DNA of 63,778 nt, filler included, from Dugesia japonica (Eukaryota): NCBI GenBank assembly GCA_001938525.1. It is 5 parts of 5 records of this genome, joined end to end, with 100 filler letters (N's around TTAATTAATTAA, not from the genome) between each part and the next. Parts side by side here need not be neighbours in the genome. Positions count along the whole stretch, not along the records: positions 1 to 17,723 come from MQRL01425888.1; 4 more parts are not named here. One strand, given 5' to 3'. Made by a program: the position numbers and the translations under genes. The notes beneath the pieces are model-generated. The model made no database searches and was not told the origin of the DNA. It saw only the letters and a list, made by a program, of their open reading frames with translations. Positions 1 through 13,226 of the stretch are shown piece by piece (within the stretch, counting starts at the first letter, position 1; every line of letters starts with the position of its first letter).

Positions 1-234
1 TTAATCAAAAGAAATCAGCTACCATCCAATTTATTGATTCTTATCAATTTATCAACTCATCGTTAGATGCAGCTTTAAAATCAATGCAAACCACACCGTT
101 AAAAACAAAGGAGTTTAGTGTTAGTCGAATAATTTCATCAAAGGGAATATTTCCATATAATTTTGCTATTAGTTTGGAAATATTAGAAGAAACAACAAGC
201 ATGCCACCAAAGATTCCAAAAAATTCCCATAAAA

Positions 235-550
235 AATTTTCCCCAACTAAATACACATGAAAAAAAGAAACCCCACTTTGCCGCTTAAATACACTGTAAA
301 AAATTTTCACAACTAAATACACAGGAAAGATTTTTGCCAACTAAAATCATTGTAAAAAATTTTCACAAACTAAAATCATTGTAAAAAATTTTCGCCAACT
401 AAAATCTTTGAAAAGTTTTTCGCCAACTAAAAACACAGGAAAAATATTACCAATTAAAAATTGCATAATAAACTTAATTGATGGATTAAAATTATTGTAA
501 AAAATAATTCCAATTAAAAATTGCATAATAAATTTAATTGATGGATTAAA
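235..550. repeat. Degenerate ~31-bp tandem repeat plus a 40-bp direct duplication
   Basis: Recurring AAAAATTTT(C/T)(G/C/A)CCAACTAAAA units; 451-490 and 511-550 are near-identical (CAATTAAAAATTGCATAATAAA.TTAATTGATGGATTAAA). Confidence 0.75.
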
Positions 551-699
551 TTACCGATAATGTACATCATAGATTAACGATCAAATTTCAAATCATCGCA
601 CTAATTACATCACTATTCGACATGGGGGTTCTACTGAATGTGTGCTGGCTATTACTGCCACTTTCTACCTACTTAAAATACATCAAAATAAAGAAATGA

Positions 700-1520
700 T
701 AATCAAATTATTCTATGTAAAACATATCCTCACAAGCCTTATATTACACAGTTATTATGAAAATAATACATGGTTGTTATGGAAATCACACACTTATAAA
801 ACCTATATTACATCGTTGCTAAGTAAATAATACAATGTAAATTTACAAATATTGCACTCCTAAACCCTATATTACACGGAAACTTTGTAAAAATTGCTTA
901 TAAGCTTTATATTGCACGTTTGCTGTATATAATTTCCTCATAAGTCTTATATTTCCTAAACCTTTTTTTGAATGGTTGTTATGTAAATAATACAAGGTCA
1001 CTAGGTAAATAAAAAACTCATAAACATTATAATACACGGTTAGCATGTAAATAATATATTCATAAACCCTATAAAACATGGTTACTATGTAACTAATACA
1101 CACAAAAACTATATATTAAACGGTTGTTATGTAAATATTACACTGTACTTAAGCAAATATTATACTCGTAAACATTATATTGCACCGTTAATATGTAAAT
1201 ACTATACTCATAAAACCGATAATACAAGGTTACTGTGTATTAATACACTCATAATCCTTAAAATATATGGGTTCTATATAAATAATGCAAGGTAACTATG
1301 CAAATGATAGTTTCATAAACCTTATAATACACGGTTACTATGCAAATAATACACAAAAAAATCATTTATTATATGGTGTTATGTCAATAATATACTCTTA
1401 AACGGTTGCATGTAAAAAAAGCAAGGAAGCTATACAAATAAAAAACTCATAATACTTAAAATACATGGTTACTATGTAAATAATAAACTCATTATGCTTA
1501 TATTATATGGTTGCATATGA
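700..1520. repeat. Degenerate ~40-bp minisatellite
   Basis: Many units resembling TAATACACTCATAAACCTTATATTACACGGTTACTATG(T/C)AAA; a related unit recurs at about 4430-4500. Confidence 0.75.
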
Positions 1521-2552
1521 ATTTTTATTGATTTTTATAATGTAATAGGCATGCAAGTCAAATTCCACAAGACTGCAACACACATACACTAAAAATCATG
1601 TGCCCAGGAATTTTTTATTAATAAATACAAAAGGTACACAACTCAGATGCAACTCAGATACAACGCACTTACACTGAAAATCACGAGCCTGAGAATTTTA
1701 AAATTTCCTACTTAAAGAAAGTTCAACATAGTCGCCATTTTGATTTTTTAAAGTTCAAAATATGTGCCATTTTGAGTTTTTATTGATTTTTAAAATTTTT
1801 TAATAAATACAATAGGTATGCAACTCAGATGCAACCCACATTACTGAAAATTACGTGAATTTTAGAATGCCCTGTACCATGCAAAATTAAGAGACTCCCC
1901 ATGTTAAATTTAGTGGTTCCAAAATATCAAGACTGCTTATCTCATGCAAAATACCCATTCCATACATAAAAATATATAAATATATAAATATATAAAAATA
2001 TATTCCATACAAAAAAATATATCCCATACCATGTAAATTATCCAAACTGCTCGATATATTAAAATAATTTCTATTACAAAATGTCAAGATCGTCCATACA
2101 ATTTAAAATATAGAGAATTCTCTCGTCCCTTGCAAAATATCCACACTGTCCCATCTCATAAATAAATTAATTAATTTAATTAAATTAAATTATACTAAAA
2201 AGATTTCCCCCCATATAAAAATAAAATTTTAAATTTCCAGCCAAAAAATATTTCTTTTTGAATTTCCCGCCAAAAGTAATTTTTTAAATTTGACCTACTG
2301 TTTTAAAACCACCATAACAACTCAAACACACAGGTTTTAAAATTTTAAAATACACACACACACTCCCAGGATAAAAGAAAGTGATCCGATCAAAGATTTT
2401 TCGATCCCAAAAAATCTTAGAAAAAAAACTAACTCAAAATACTAGCACAATCGTAATGTGTTTTCGAGCCCCCCATGGGGGAAGAGGAGGATGTTGCACG
2501 ATAACTGATTAAAGAATTATCCCAGAAAACCTTGACAAAAACAAATTGTGCC

Positions 2553-2574
2553 AGTGCGCTACTAGCTACCTACT
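2553..2574 (-). mobile_element. Right terminus of a Polinton-like element (...CTACCTACT)
   Basis: Reverse complement AGTAGGTAGCTAGTAGCGCACT matches 63350-63371 at 21/22; Polintons typically start 5'-AG and end CT-3'. Confidence 0.6.
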
Positions 2575-3117
2575 AGATATTTGATTTTATTTGAAATAAT
2601 GAATATATTACTTTGTTCTTTTTTATTATACATATATATAATGCATTTTATTAATATTTTTTTGTAAATGAAAATGAATTCAAGAAAAGCGACAATGAAC
2701 AGGTTGAATATTTATTATTTTGTAATATTATTAATAAATTTATTTAAGGAATGCTCACAGATATTTTGGAAAAACGAGTATTGATTGAAGAAGAACTAAA
2801 GCCATTGTTACCGGATGTGATTATCAACTAGTATTTGATAGCTGAATTTTGCACACTTCACTGTATCACGTGTGCAAAGTATAATATGATGGTAGTTATG
2901 GAGAACCATCTGTCTGAAATGGAACATTATAATAATTACTTTTGTTATTATTAAATAAATGTATTTATATTTTGTCTTTCTTTTATTAAGTTTTTTTTAT
3001 TTATTATATTAAAAAATGTTTTTATAATTATAAATTAACAAGACGTTTTCATGTTTTATTTCAGTAATGGAAAACATAACGCTAAGTAAACATTAAATAA
3101 ACATTAAGTAAACAAAT

Positions 3118-3310
3118 TTATATCTTTTTTGAAATGTTTTTGACTTTCCATATAAGTCCTACTGAATTCATTGATTTCTTGAAGCCTTTAACCTCCACTT
3201 GAATCATTCATTGACTGTCGCTTTCATAATTGTTTTCATCTTGTTCATTAAAGGCTATATAAATTAGTCTCATTGACGTTAATTTGCCTGCTAAATCTTG
3301 CAAACATAGC
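3118..3310 (-). pseudogene. Decayed ORF resembling the C-terminus of the 18626 gene (possible OB-fold SSB)
   Basis: Translates ...YIAFNEQDENNYESDSQ*MIQVEVKGFKKSMNSVGLIWKVKNISKKI*, sharing the hxhxG(F/Y)KK...WKh pattern with VKILLQGYKKNGIQIPVWKL. Confidence 0.35.
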
Positions 3311-4515
3311 TTACAGTATATTTCTATACTTCTCATGAATTCGAGATGGAAGCAAACTAAATTTTGAATTTTTATTGAAACTGGTTTCTAAAATTAAATA
3401 ATAATTTATAATGAAATAAAAAATATTTACTTTGAAGTCATAGATAATTAAAGTCTTTAAAAAAATATTTGTAATTATGGAAATCTGTAATTTTTCCAAG
3501 TTTCAAAATTATTGTTGACATGTTTTCTTTAGTGACTTTATTTTCTTGCATTTTTAGATTGTAAAATTAATTAGTTTTATGTAAACGTTTGCTTATATAC
3601 CAGTTGCAATACACACAAACTCCTTATTTGCGAGTTTCAATTGGTTAATATTTGCTATAATTGATATGATTTGTTAATATTTGTTTAAACATATATGATT
3701 GGTTACCGGGTTTATATTAATATGATCTGGTTTTAAAATAAGTTCACTGACCAAGAAGAAAAGATACTTTCAAAGGATACTGAGCATGAAGAAATAGAAA
3801 ATATAATATAAGCCAATGATAACGGAACAACCAATATTAATGAAGAAATAAATGAAGAAAAAACTTATAAAGATGACAAAATGGAAGATACATGTCATGA
3901 TGAAGGTGTTATTGGATACAAAAATGAATAAAACTATTATATGAAGAGTTTAATGAATTATGAGTTATGAACAATTTCATCATAGCACTTCAATCGGATT
4001 TCCCTTTTAATGAAAATAAATTTTTGAAGATGACCGATGACTATGAGAAGAAATTTGTAAATGAATGCTATATTAATAAATGTTTTATTGGATAATTGTT
4101 ATCTTTTATTTTTCTTATAAATAGTAAATTAGGTTTTAAAGTAGTAAAATAATAAATGATCCTTATTGTAAATATGTTTTTTATTAATGAATGCAGGATG
4201 TATGCAATATGCATGCACTACAGCAACACGTGCTTAGAGATTTTAATAAATGCAATAGGCATGCAAAATAAATGCAATAAACAACACATGCCTAGGAAAT
4301 TTAATTATTCAAATCTATTTATTAAACAATAAAACAAAAATAATAATTACATCAATTCCATCTAAACAAATAAAATAACACAACATATGTCAATAGAGTT
4401 AAAATCATGCATTTTGGATGGTGACCTCATATTAAACTGTTAATATGTAAATAATACACTCATAACCCATATAATGCAAAGTTGCCATGCAAATAATAAA
4501 TATATAATCCCTTTA

Positions 4516-4788
4516 GGCTTGTGCTCTGATTTGATCTACCAATTTAAATGTAATGGATGTAACGTGACATACATTGGATAAACTTTCCGTCATCCATGCA
4601 GCAGAGTTCAAAAGCATAGTCGAAATAGTGGTATTAGTAATTTTGTTGAGAATCTAAAAACATGTGGGAAATCAGTAGGATGTTCTGATTTTAAAATTAT
4701 GTACAGTGGATTTAACAATTATTGGAAGAGAGTGATATGTGAATCTTTGTTGATAAGGGCATTAAATCCTAAAATTAATATTTTTATA
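4516..4788 (+). pseudogene. GIY-YIG endonuclease remnant (Penelope-like element)
   Basis: LIYQFKCNGCNVTYIG*TFRH...KH...KRVICESLLIRALNPKIN; the IY..YIG pattern, catalytic E and terminal N are present; one in-frame stop. Confidence 0.8.
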
Positions 4789-6524
4789 ACTGCAACAAAA
4801 CATTTCTTATAATAAATAATTGAATTACCACACATTTTCTTGTTACTATACACAGAGCCCTCGATATGTATATGTATAAAAATATTTTGAAAAAAATTAA
4901 CAAAAAAATTTACTTGCAATTAATTTATGTTACAAACTACATGTATGAGGTTAACGAAAAAAAATAAATATATTTACTTACCTTGTCAATCAACAGTTAT
5001 ATATATTTTTTTGTGACGCAGTGCATATAGCTAACTGTTTACAAAAGTTTAGAAGCAGATAACATAAACAATAAATACTTCTGATAAAAGCAATACATGC
5101 CAAGTGTAGGCATATTATTGTTTATTATTTTTATTATAAAATTAAAATGAAATAATGTTATTGAGGAAGACTAGAAAAATTATAAAGTGTGTCCTCAAAA
5201 GAGGAATGGAATCCATTGAATTCGCGAACTAGGACAATAAAAGCAGAAATGAATAAATACGAACAATGCATTAATAATAAAGTGGATTATTTGTATCATC
5301 GAACACAAGCATCAATAGAGAATTTGTATCGATTTTTGCTGGTTCAGTTAATTCTAATAAGTGATTCATTGTTTTCCAATATCATATTCTGGTTAGTTTA
5401 TATTTTCATTGCTTCTTTATTGAGATTATCTTTTTGATAGTTTCTGTTGATCGATGTGCTTGTTTTTTCGACAGTTCTTTTTATGTGTAATATGCAATAT
5501 ATTGTCTCGATTTCCTATTGAACAGCGTAATCTACTTCCTCTTCGTTCTCAGAGATTTTCTTAACTGTAATCATATTTACTTGTGCGATAAACCCTTAAT
5601 TGCTTCTTGGAGCTTTTATCTCGGTTCTTTTTATAATCAGGTTTATCCATTTTTCACAGTTTATAACTCTTGTATTAATTGAAGCTGATTACTATGTGAT
5701 CGGTAAACTACCCATTTTTTGTAATGCTCATAATTGCTTTTCGTATTTCATTAGTATATCGATTGGATTTCCTTTCATTATTTCATCTAATATTCAAAAT
5801 TGTAGGTATTGCCACACTAGTTGTTTCGTTTTCTAAACCTTCGTTAAATCCAAAATTTGTATTATATCTTTACGTCCAAATCTGATTCCAGCTGTTTATA
5901 TGTGTATCGACATCATCTTGTTCAATATAAAATTAAAATATTTTTAAAAAAACATGACAATTTAAACAAATTCGACTTTTTACATGAATTTCCGTAATTA
6001 TTCAACCAAAAACTGACTAAACCAGAGGAAAAATTTGACTAATGTTGGCTTAACCAAATAAATAATTGAATGAATCGCATAAAAATTACCCAAACCGTAA
6101 AATGAAAAAATAATCAATTTAAATAGTGTCTGATAGAAATTTTGATATAGCCAAAAAATATTTAATAACGAATTCGAAATGAAATTTTTCGATTGAAAAT
6201 TACATTTTTTGTTTATATTAAAATACGTGTTTCTAATCGATTCAATTTGTAGCGTTGTACAACTATTAAATAGGATATTGTGTATTACTTATAGAATTAG
6301 TCACAAAATGAAGATTCACAAATTATCAGTGATATTCAAATAAGAAAATGTAAGAATTGATTTTAAATGTTTTGATTTTGAAATTTAATAAATGAACTTT
6401 CTATGTGAAAAAATTTTGAATCGAATTTAATAAAATTTCGTTGTTTATATACGTGGAAATTAGAAGTTCGTCATTTTTGATCTAACAGTTTCTCTATATG
6501 TTCTTTTCAGCAACCAACTTTACA

Positions 6525-6575
6525 AGAAGGTTGATAGTGGCGCACTGCCACAGGTACATCATCCCCTAGAAAAAA
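6525..6575 (+). mobile_element. Degenerate left terminus of the same AGTAG family
   Basis: AGAAGGTTGATAGTGGCGCACT matches 63350 at 19/22 and is followed by ATCATCCCCTAGA like ATCACCCCCTAGA at 63374. Confidence 0.5.
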
Positions 6576-7401
6576 TACAACATCACTGATTTTCTATAGT
6601 ATAACGAAATATAAATGTAATTATTTGTTTTAATGAAGTCTGTAGGATAATACATTACACTTGCGGCATAATTAGGTATGGTTAATCGCATATTTTCTAA
6701 AGTATAAGAAAATTGAAAACAGATTTTTTGTATTAATTTTGGCGCAATTTTTAAATTTGAATTTTAGTTAATTTACTTAATATAAACCAACCAGTATACA
6801 CTCGAAGGATTATGAATATGAGACTGTACTTATCCTACAATGCGTGTCAAACGGAGATTCACGCTTTAATGAAATTACATATGCACCTTGGCAACTACTT
6901 TTCATCGAATTAACTACTTAATTTTTAATGAAATTTTGAAATTATTTATTTATTTAATGAAGAAAAACCATCCACATTTTTGTTCGAAAATTAGTACATA
7001 TGACAGAATTTCTTTCACATGAGTTCTTGTACAATCTATAAAGCATATGATCCAACTTCATCAACTTAATTATGTCTATATATACAAATGTGATGAATGA
7101 TCAAGTCTCATGCAGCTGATTGTGCGCGATATACATGGCAAGTAATCAGGTCTCAGGAAACAAGTGGTAAATAATAACTGAAAAGTCATTCAAATGAGCG
7201 GGTCTCGCTCAGCGGGGGTGGATGATAAATGATTACATTCACACATTTATTGTGAGCTAGTGATTACTGTGGTATGCTTTATACGTAAATCGCGCATATA
7301 TAGAAATAATTATCAATGACAGCGCCTTTATTTTGATAAAATTAACAAAATAATAAAATTTTATAATAATTTTATATTAATTTGATAACAACAATTTTCA
7401 A

Positions 7402-7800
7402 TTAACCCTTGCGCCCAGAAAGCTTTTGTACCAAAACCACACAGTAGTGTCTGACAGACACTACATAGAAAATCTTTTAAATTATAACAAAAGATAAAAA
7501 ATCTATTTTTATTACAGAGAAGAACACTGTTTGCATTGAATTTCTATGTAGAATGTTCAAGACAAGCATTTTGATTACATGTATTGCAACATTGTTTTGA
7601 GTTCCTGCAATTTTACACGGGCATATGTGACACCTTTTTCTTTTTACTGCGGATTCTTTTACGATTGAATCTTCAAACTGCTCTTGACTTGTACTTGCAA
7701 TATCCTACATGGCTTTCAAGTGTAACTCAGTAAACCTGTTTTTCCTTAGTCTCTGAATCTTGATTGTCACTGTCAGAATTATCATCATGATTTAAGTCTT
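7402..7800 (-). mobile_element. Internally deleted piggyBac remnant
   Basis: TTAA followed by CCCTT terminus at 7402-7410; subterminal palindrome GTAGTGTCTGACAGACACTAC; minus strand encodes a frameshifted Cys-rich C-terminal domain KRCHICPCK...CCNTCNQNACLEHS...CKQC. Confidence 0.75.
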
Positions 7801-7879
7801 GTAATACAATTAGTAGCTAATTATTAATACTAATACAATTAGTAGTAATACAAAATGCCTAGCAATCTCACAGGAATTT

Positions 7880-7897
7880 TGGGGGCTCAGCCAGGAT
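7880..7897 (+). promoter_or_regulatory. tRNA-Pro-type primer binding site of an LTR retrotransposon remnant
   Basis: TGGGGGCTCAGCCAGGAT resembles the canonical tRNA-Pro PBS TGGGGGCTCGTCCGGGAT; purine-rich decayed coding-like sequence follows. Confidence 0.55.
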
Positions 7898-9234
7898 CTA
7901 TCGATTCGATTTCTTGCAGAATCAAAGAGAAATAAACAGGGAGGACAATCAGCAAGAAAAAGACGAATACGAATATTTTAAACAAATTGTATATTCAGAG
8001 AGAAAATGTGCTTTAAAAGTAGAAATTATTTGGTATTTGTATATTAAAATCATTTGTATTAAACGTATTATAGTGTAGAATTATTATTAATATATGTTCT
8101 TATCTTTTTATGCCCTGCTTGCTTTTTCTAGAATGATTAGAAATGATTCAACCACCACTGAAAAATCAAATGAATGAATTGATAAAGTGAATATAATGAA
8201 ATATGATTCTGAAGTTCGAGTAAAATGAATTTTTAAGAGAAATGGTGGATAATCTCGTAGAATTAAGAAGTAAGATGTGCGCATTATAAATGATAATTAT
8301 TTGAAAATTTTAAATGAATTTTAGTCTAATGGTATTTTGATAAATATTATTAAAGCAGTGTTTAATTTTGCAACAGTAAATAGTTTGGCTAAAAAAATTT
8401 TGTAAAAGATTTTTGTAAACAACTTGTAGTAAATATTTAAGTAAATACTTGAGTAAAGATTGATTAAATTTGTAGTAACCTAATTTCAGTAACGAATGTG
8501 CGTAATCATTTTAATTAAAAGATTTAAGTAAAGAATTGAACGAACAATTGCAAATTATTGATTTCATTGTTTTATTTATTGTTTTGTTATTTTGATTATT
8601 ATTGAGCTGAGCTAACCTTAATAAGGATATTGTTGAATTAACATAGAGATTGATAAAGAAATTGATAATTTTACACTAAGAAATTTAATATCTTGACTTA
8701 AAATGAGCATAACAGTATTAAAAAACATGCAGAAATTGAACACGCACAACCTTGCATTGAATAATGATGAAATGGCTGAAAGATTATGAATTCATAAACA
8801 TATTCAGAATTATCTCACTTGTTTCGAAAGTAAGATCAAAATATTACCGGGTAAGTGAGGATAAATGAAGGTTGTCGCAAAGCATCGTACAAATGAAATG
8901 TTAAAGAGAAGTGTAAAATCGTGTTTTCAGGTTGGGAAAAGATGGACTGATAAAGACTGTTCCGGATCGGGTAAAATTATATAAAATACAATGAACATAT
9001 AAATTATGAAAGATACGTGCAAGATCAAGTTATCAATCATGTCGGGGTTGAAAATTCAAAGCTCAGGCACGATGTGTAATGGGATTGAGACACGGTGAAC
9101 AACAACATGATTATAAAAATTATAAAAATGAATAAAGAAACGACGGAATGAATCACAGTACATAAGCATTCACTATGAACAATCGGAAAGATGAATCTTT
9201 GAGGGCTCTGGAATCAACTATCATGCAATCAGCA

Positions 9235-9765
9235 ACCATTACCATAACCATTACTATAACCATTACCATAACCATTACCATAAGCAATACCATAACAATT
9301 ACCATAACCATTACTATAACCATTACCATAACCATTACCATAAGCAATACCATAACAATTACCATAACCATTACCATAACTATTACCATAACCATAACCA
9401 TAACCATTACCATAACCATTACCATAAACATTACCATAACCGTTACCATAACCATTACCATAACCATAACCATAACCATTACCATAACCATTACCATAAC
9501 CATTACTATAACCGTTACCATAACCATTACCATAACCATTACCATAACCATTACCATAACCATAACCATAACCATTACCATAACCATAACCATAACCATA
9601 ACCATTACCATAACCATTACCATAACCATTACCATAACCATTACCATAACCGTTACCATAACCATTACCATAACCAAAACCCTAACCATAACCATTACCA
9701 TAACCATTACCATAACCATTACTATAATCATTAACATAACCATTACCATAACCATTACTTTCCCA
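9235..9765. repeat. (ACCATA/ACCATT)n hexamer microsatellite, about 530 bp
   Basis: Directly visible; it explains the poly-TI and poly-MV ORFs. Confidence 0.97.
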
Positions 9766-9779
9766 TTACCTCTAAATTT

Positions 9780-10425
9780 TCTCTATAGAAAACTGGCAGC
9801 AAAGAAAATTCTCATATTAAACACATTATTCAATTCGGTAAATAATATTGTAAAGTTAGATGAGTTAAGTTCAAATAAAAATGAAGCTTTTTGTCATAAT
9901 GATTTAACAAGGGATGATGAAAATCAATATTTAAGATTATTAAAGAAACTTTATGGAGAAATAGGCAAGTTTGCTAATAATCAAGTGTTTAAGTCATAAA
10001 TATCTTTAATACTTTCTAAGTTTTGTTCAGATAGTTACAAGAGTTTAATAATTGATGGATTGAGTACTGAAAATAAAATGTATTTGGAAAATATTCAATT
10101 ATTAGAAAATCCCTATCAAAAAGAAAGAGATTAACATAATGAATTAAGAAAAAAATATAATGAGACATTAAAACCTGCAAATGTAGAATTATCTTGTTTA
10201 AATATGAGTGTTACAACATTAAAAAATGTTGATGAAAGTAAATTTACACCACAATACTTTAATGAATTAGCAAATAAATTTGTTGGACCAATTAATAAAT
10301 TCGATACAAGGTTAAAAAGACAAGATGTTCCAAAGGAATACCAAGATGAGTTAAAAACTATTTATGCAGGAAAAAGTAATTTTCCACAATTTCGAGTCAA
10401 ACAAACAAAATCAAAAGCACCATAA
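9780..10425 (+). pseudogene. Unknown element-A gene interrupted by two stops
   Basis: The tail of ORF 9175-9999, 10000-10203 and ORF 10204-10425 share one frame and abut the MCP. Confidence 0.5.
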
Positions 10426-10428
10426 TGT

Positions 10429-11729
10429 TTGTATTCAAAAATGGATTTGAATTATAATTATAAATTTCCTCATGTACAAAATAAAGTAGGCCTACTGAAA
10501 ATTTCACCAACCTCTGGTTCAATGATTAATTTAAATAAATCAGGAGAAGTAACATTTCAATCTTTAAAAAACACAAACCTATTGGACATTCGAAATGCAA
10601 AATTGTATTACAAGATTGAAATTGAACCAAAAGATGCTGTACTCAAGAATGATTGGTTTCCCAGTTTGTTTAGTTCAATGAGATTAAAACTTGGATCATC
10701 AACTATAGAAAGTATTGAAAACCCTGGAGTGGCATCTAAAATGTTGAATTTAATTATGATGGATGAATCTTATTTAAAATCTCCACGTGCATATGGAGGT
10801 GTACCTGATGTTAAAAATGGAACAGTTGACGATCCTAGTTTTGAAGCAAGAAAGTAATTGTTTTCATCTGGTTATTTCCCCTTGTGTAATTTCTTTGGTT
10901 TTTTACAAAATTATAATAGATTATTATTTAATGTTTTTATACAATTGGATCTTAATAGAAATGTACAAGATGAATTGATATTTTTTAATAAAAAGGGTAA
11001 AATTGAAATAAAGACTTTGGAATTACACATTCCAGAATGGACTTTGAATCCTAGAACAGAATTAAACTATGTGGAAAGATTAGCAACCAATAAAGGAATC
11101 CAAGTTTCATTTTTGGAGCGAGATGTAAATAAAAATTTAATTTCCAATAGAACAAACTTTTCAATTAAAATGGAAAATTTATCCTAATGACCAAACTTTG
11201 TAATTGTAGGATTTAAATCAACCAATTCTAGTTTTGATGTTAATAATAATTTGTTTTTTTTGAGTAGTTTAATAACAAAAAAGATTACAGTCAAGCAGAT
11301 GTAACAAAAAAGATTGATAAACAGTAGATAAACAAAGTTATAATAGAATAGAATAATAGTATAGTTTGTATATTATTTTAAATGTATACAATTAGAATTG
11401 AATAAAACATATTACCCAAATACTAGAATTGAATTTGATTACAAGAATACAATATTTCCATATCATAATTATGTGGATCTATGTGTAGCATTTAATTGTT
11501 GACCGCAATTGTCTATAAAACAATGGACTAGTTTGTATCCAATATTTTGTTTTGATACTTCTGCACAAGATGATAAAATGACAATAAACAATGTAGATAC
11601 ATAACAAAGGATAAAGAATTAACTGGAGACTTGTATTGGTTAATGTTACAAGAGAAATATGTTGAGTTTAAAATATCAAATGGTAAAGTCATGTTTGTAG
11701 AAAACATCAGAGGGGATGATGTAAAATGA
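10429..11729 (+). pseudogene. Double jelly-roll major capsid protein
   Basis: ORFs 10429-10857 and 10858-11187 are in frame across one stop; motifs LFSSMRLKLGSSTIESIENPG, PLCNFFGF, IKTLELHIP, PNFVIVGF, LELNKTYYP, LYPIFCFDTSAQ fit Polinton/adintovirus DJR capsids. Confidence 0.85.
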
Positions 11730-11789
11730 TGATGTAAAATACGACTGACTGACTGACTGACTGAAGATCGACTTAAAAGTGTTTATAAA

Positions 11790-13226
11790 ATGGCTACTTT
11801 CAAATGTTAAAAATTTTAACTCTTCAAGAGTGTAAGTAACAAGTCTCGTCACTTGAATATTTGTAAAGGCGTAGGAGCGACCGTAGGGAGAAATTCTTTT
11901 GGAAATATAAATGACAATGTTATTGGAAATTCTATTGGACATTCTATTGGAAATGTAAATGAAAATATTATTAGAAATGTTATTGGAAATTTAACCAACC
12001 AGAGAGCTCACTCCGTTAGCTCTGGTGGTGACCTTTAATCTTCTAAAACAACTTCATTATTATTAAAACCATTTACTAGTGAAAAGTATCCAGGAGAGCG
12101 ACATTTGTTTAAACATAATTATACTGGACCAGGAACTAGATTAGATATAAGATTAGATGAAAATAACAAACCAAAACCAGAACAAAAACCAATTAATAGA
12201 GTAGATGAAGCAGCTTTAAAACATGATATTGCTTACATTTCAACAGACATTAGAGATAGACATTTGGCAGATGTAAATTTGATTCATGATTTGAACAATA
12301 TGGAAAATCCTACTATTTCTGAAAAGATTCAAAAAGCTCTTGTTAAAGCAGCAGTGAAGGGTAAAATTTTAATTGGAAATTCTATTGGAAATAAAAATGT
12401 AACCAAACAGACTCATCGCTTCAATCGGAGTATATTATCATATATTATATATTATAAATATAGAAAACCAAAATATTTTCTAAAAGTAATAATAATTAGC
12501 AAGGATGAAACTTGTGGCTGTGATGTAATTAATATGGTTAAAATATCAACTGAGGGTTATAGATATATTTTAGTTTGTATAGACTTGTATACAAGATTTG
12601 GTTTTTGTAAACCAATGAAAAATAAAAATCAAAGATCTTTAAAAGAAGCTTATGAAAATATATTTGAAGAAAATAATAGAATTCCAAATAATATTTGGTC
12701 TGATAAAAAGTCTGCTATTAGATCAAAATACTTAAATAAATTCTTCAAGGAAAATAATATTAATTTGTATCATACTGAAAAAGGTAAATCAGTTTTTGCT
12801 GAAAGACTTATTAGGACTCTAAAAAATAAAATGTGGAAATTTTTTACTTTCGTTGGTAATCAAAATTGGGATAATAATTTGTTAGATAAAATTGTAAATG
12901 AATATAATAATACAATTCATTCTAGTATTAATGTGACTCAAAAAGAAGCATCTGAAAATCCAAATGTAATAAAAGAAATTATTAATAAACATAATAATGA
13001 AAATGATGTTAGTTTTAAACAGAAATTTAAAATTGGAGACAGAATTAGAATTTTCAAATACAAGTACAAATTTGAAAAAGAATTTACAGCCAAATGGACA
13101 AACGAATTATTTGTTGTAACAAAAGTATACAAAACAAAACCATTTACATATGGAATTAGTGATTTGGATAATGAAAAGATTCTAGATAGATTTTATGATA
13201 ATGAGCTTCAGAAAACAGTTTTGTAA
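11790..13226 (+). pseudogene. Zn-finger-like / parvovirus-type PLA2 / rve integrase fusion; 12105-13226 still open
   Basis: HNYTGPGT...PINRVDEAALKHDIAY (Ca-binding loop YxGPG, catalytic HD) followed in frame by CDVINM, LVCIDLYTRF, IWSD, AERLIRTLK, YNNTIHSSI, FKIGDRIRI...FYDNELQ. ATG 11790 and ORF 11853-12038 share the frame, with 3 stops. Confidence 0.9.

Noticed and set aside
5440-5920. Retroelement gag/protease remnant on the minus strand (similar case at 41380-41950)
   Set aside because: Coding-like composition but no diagnostic motif I can identify.
7812-8030. AGTAG sequences (7812, 7841, 8018) as the left end of element A
   Set aside because: No extended match to the 16955 terminus and no TACAGG target duplication.
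9153-9755. Poly-MV and poly-TI ORFs
   Set aside because: By-product of a stop-free hexamer microsatellite.
9887-9910. FCHNDL as a choline/aminoglycoside kinase motif
   Set aside because: The downstream N spacing and the DxE/DFG-like motif are missing.
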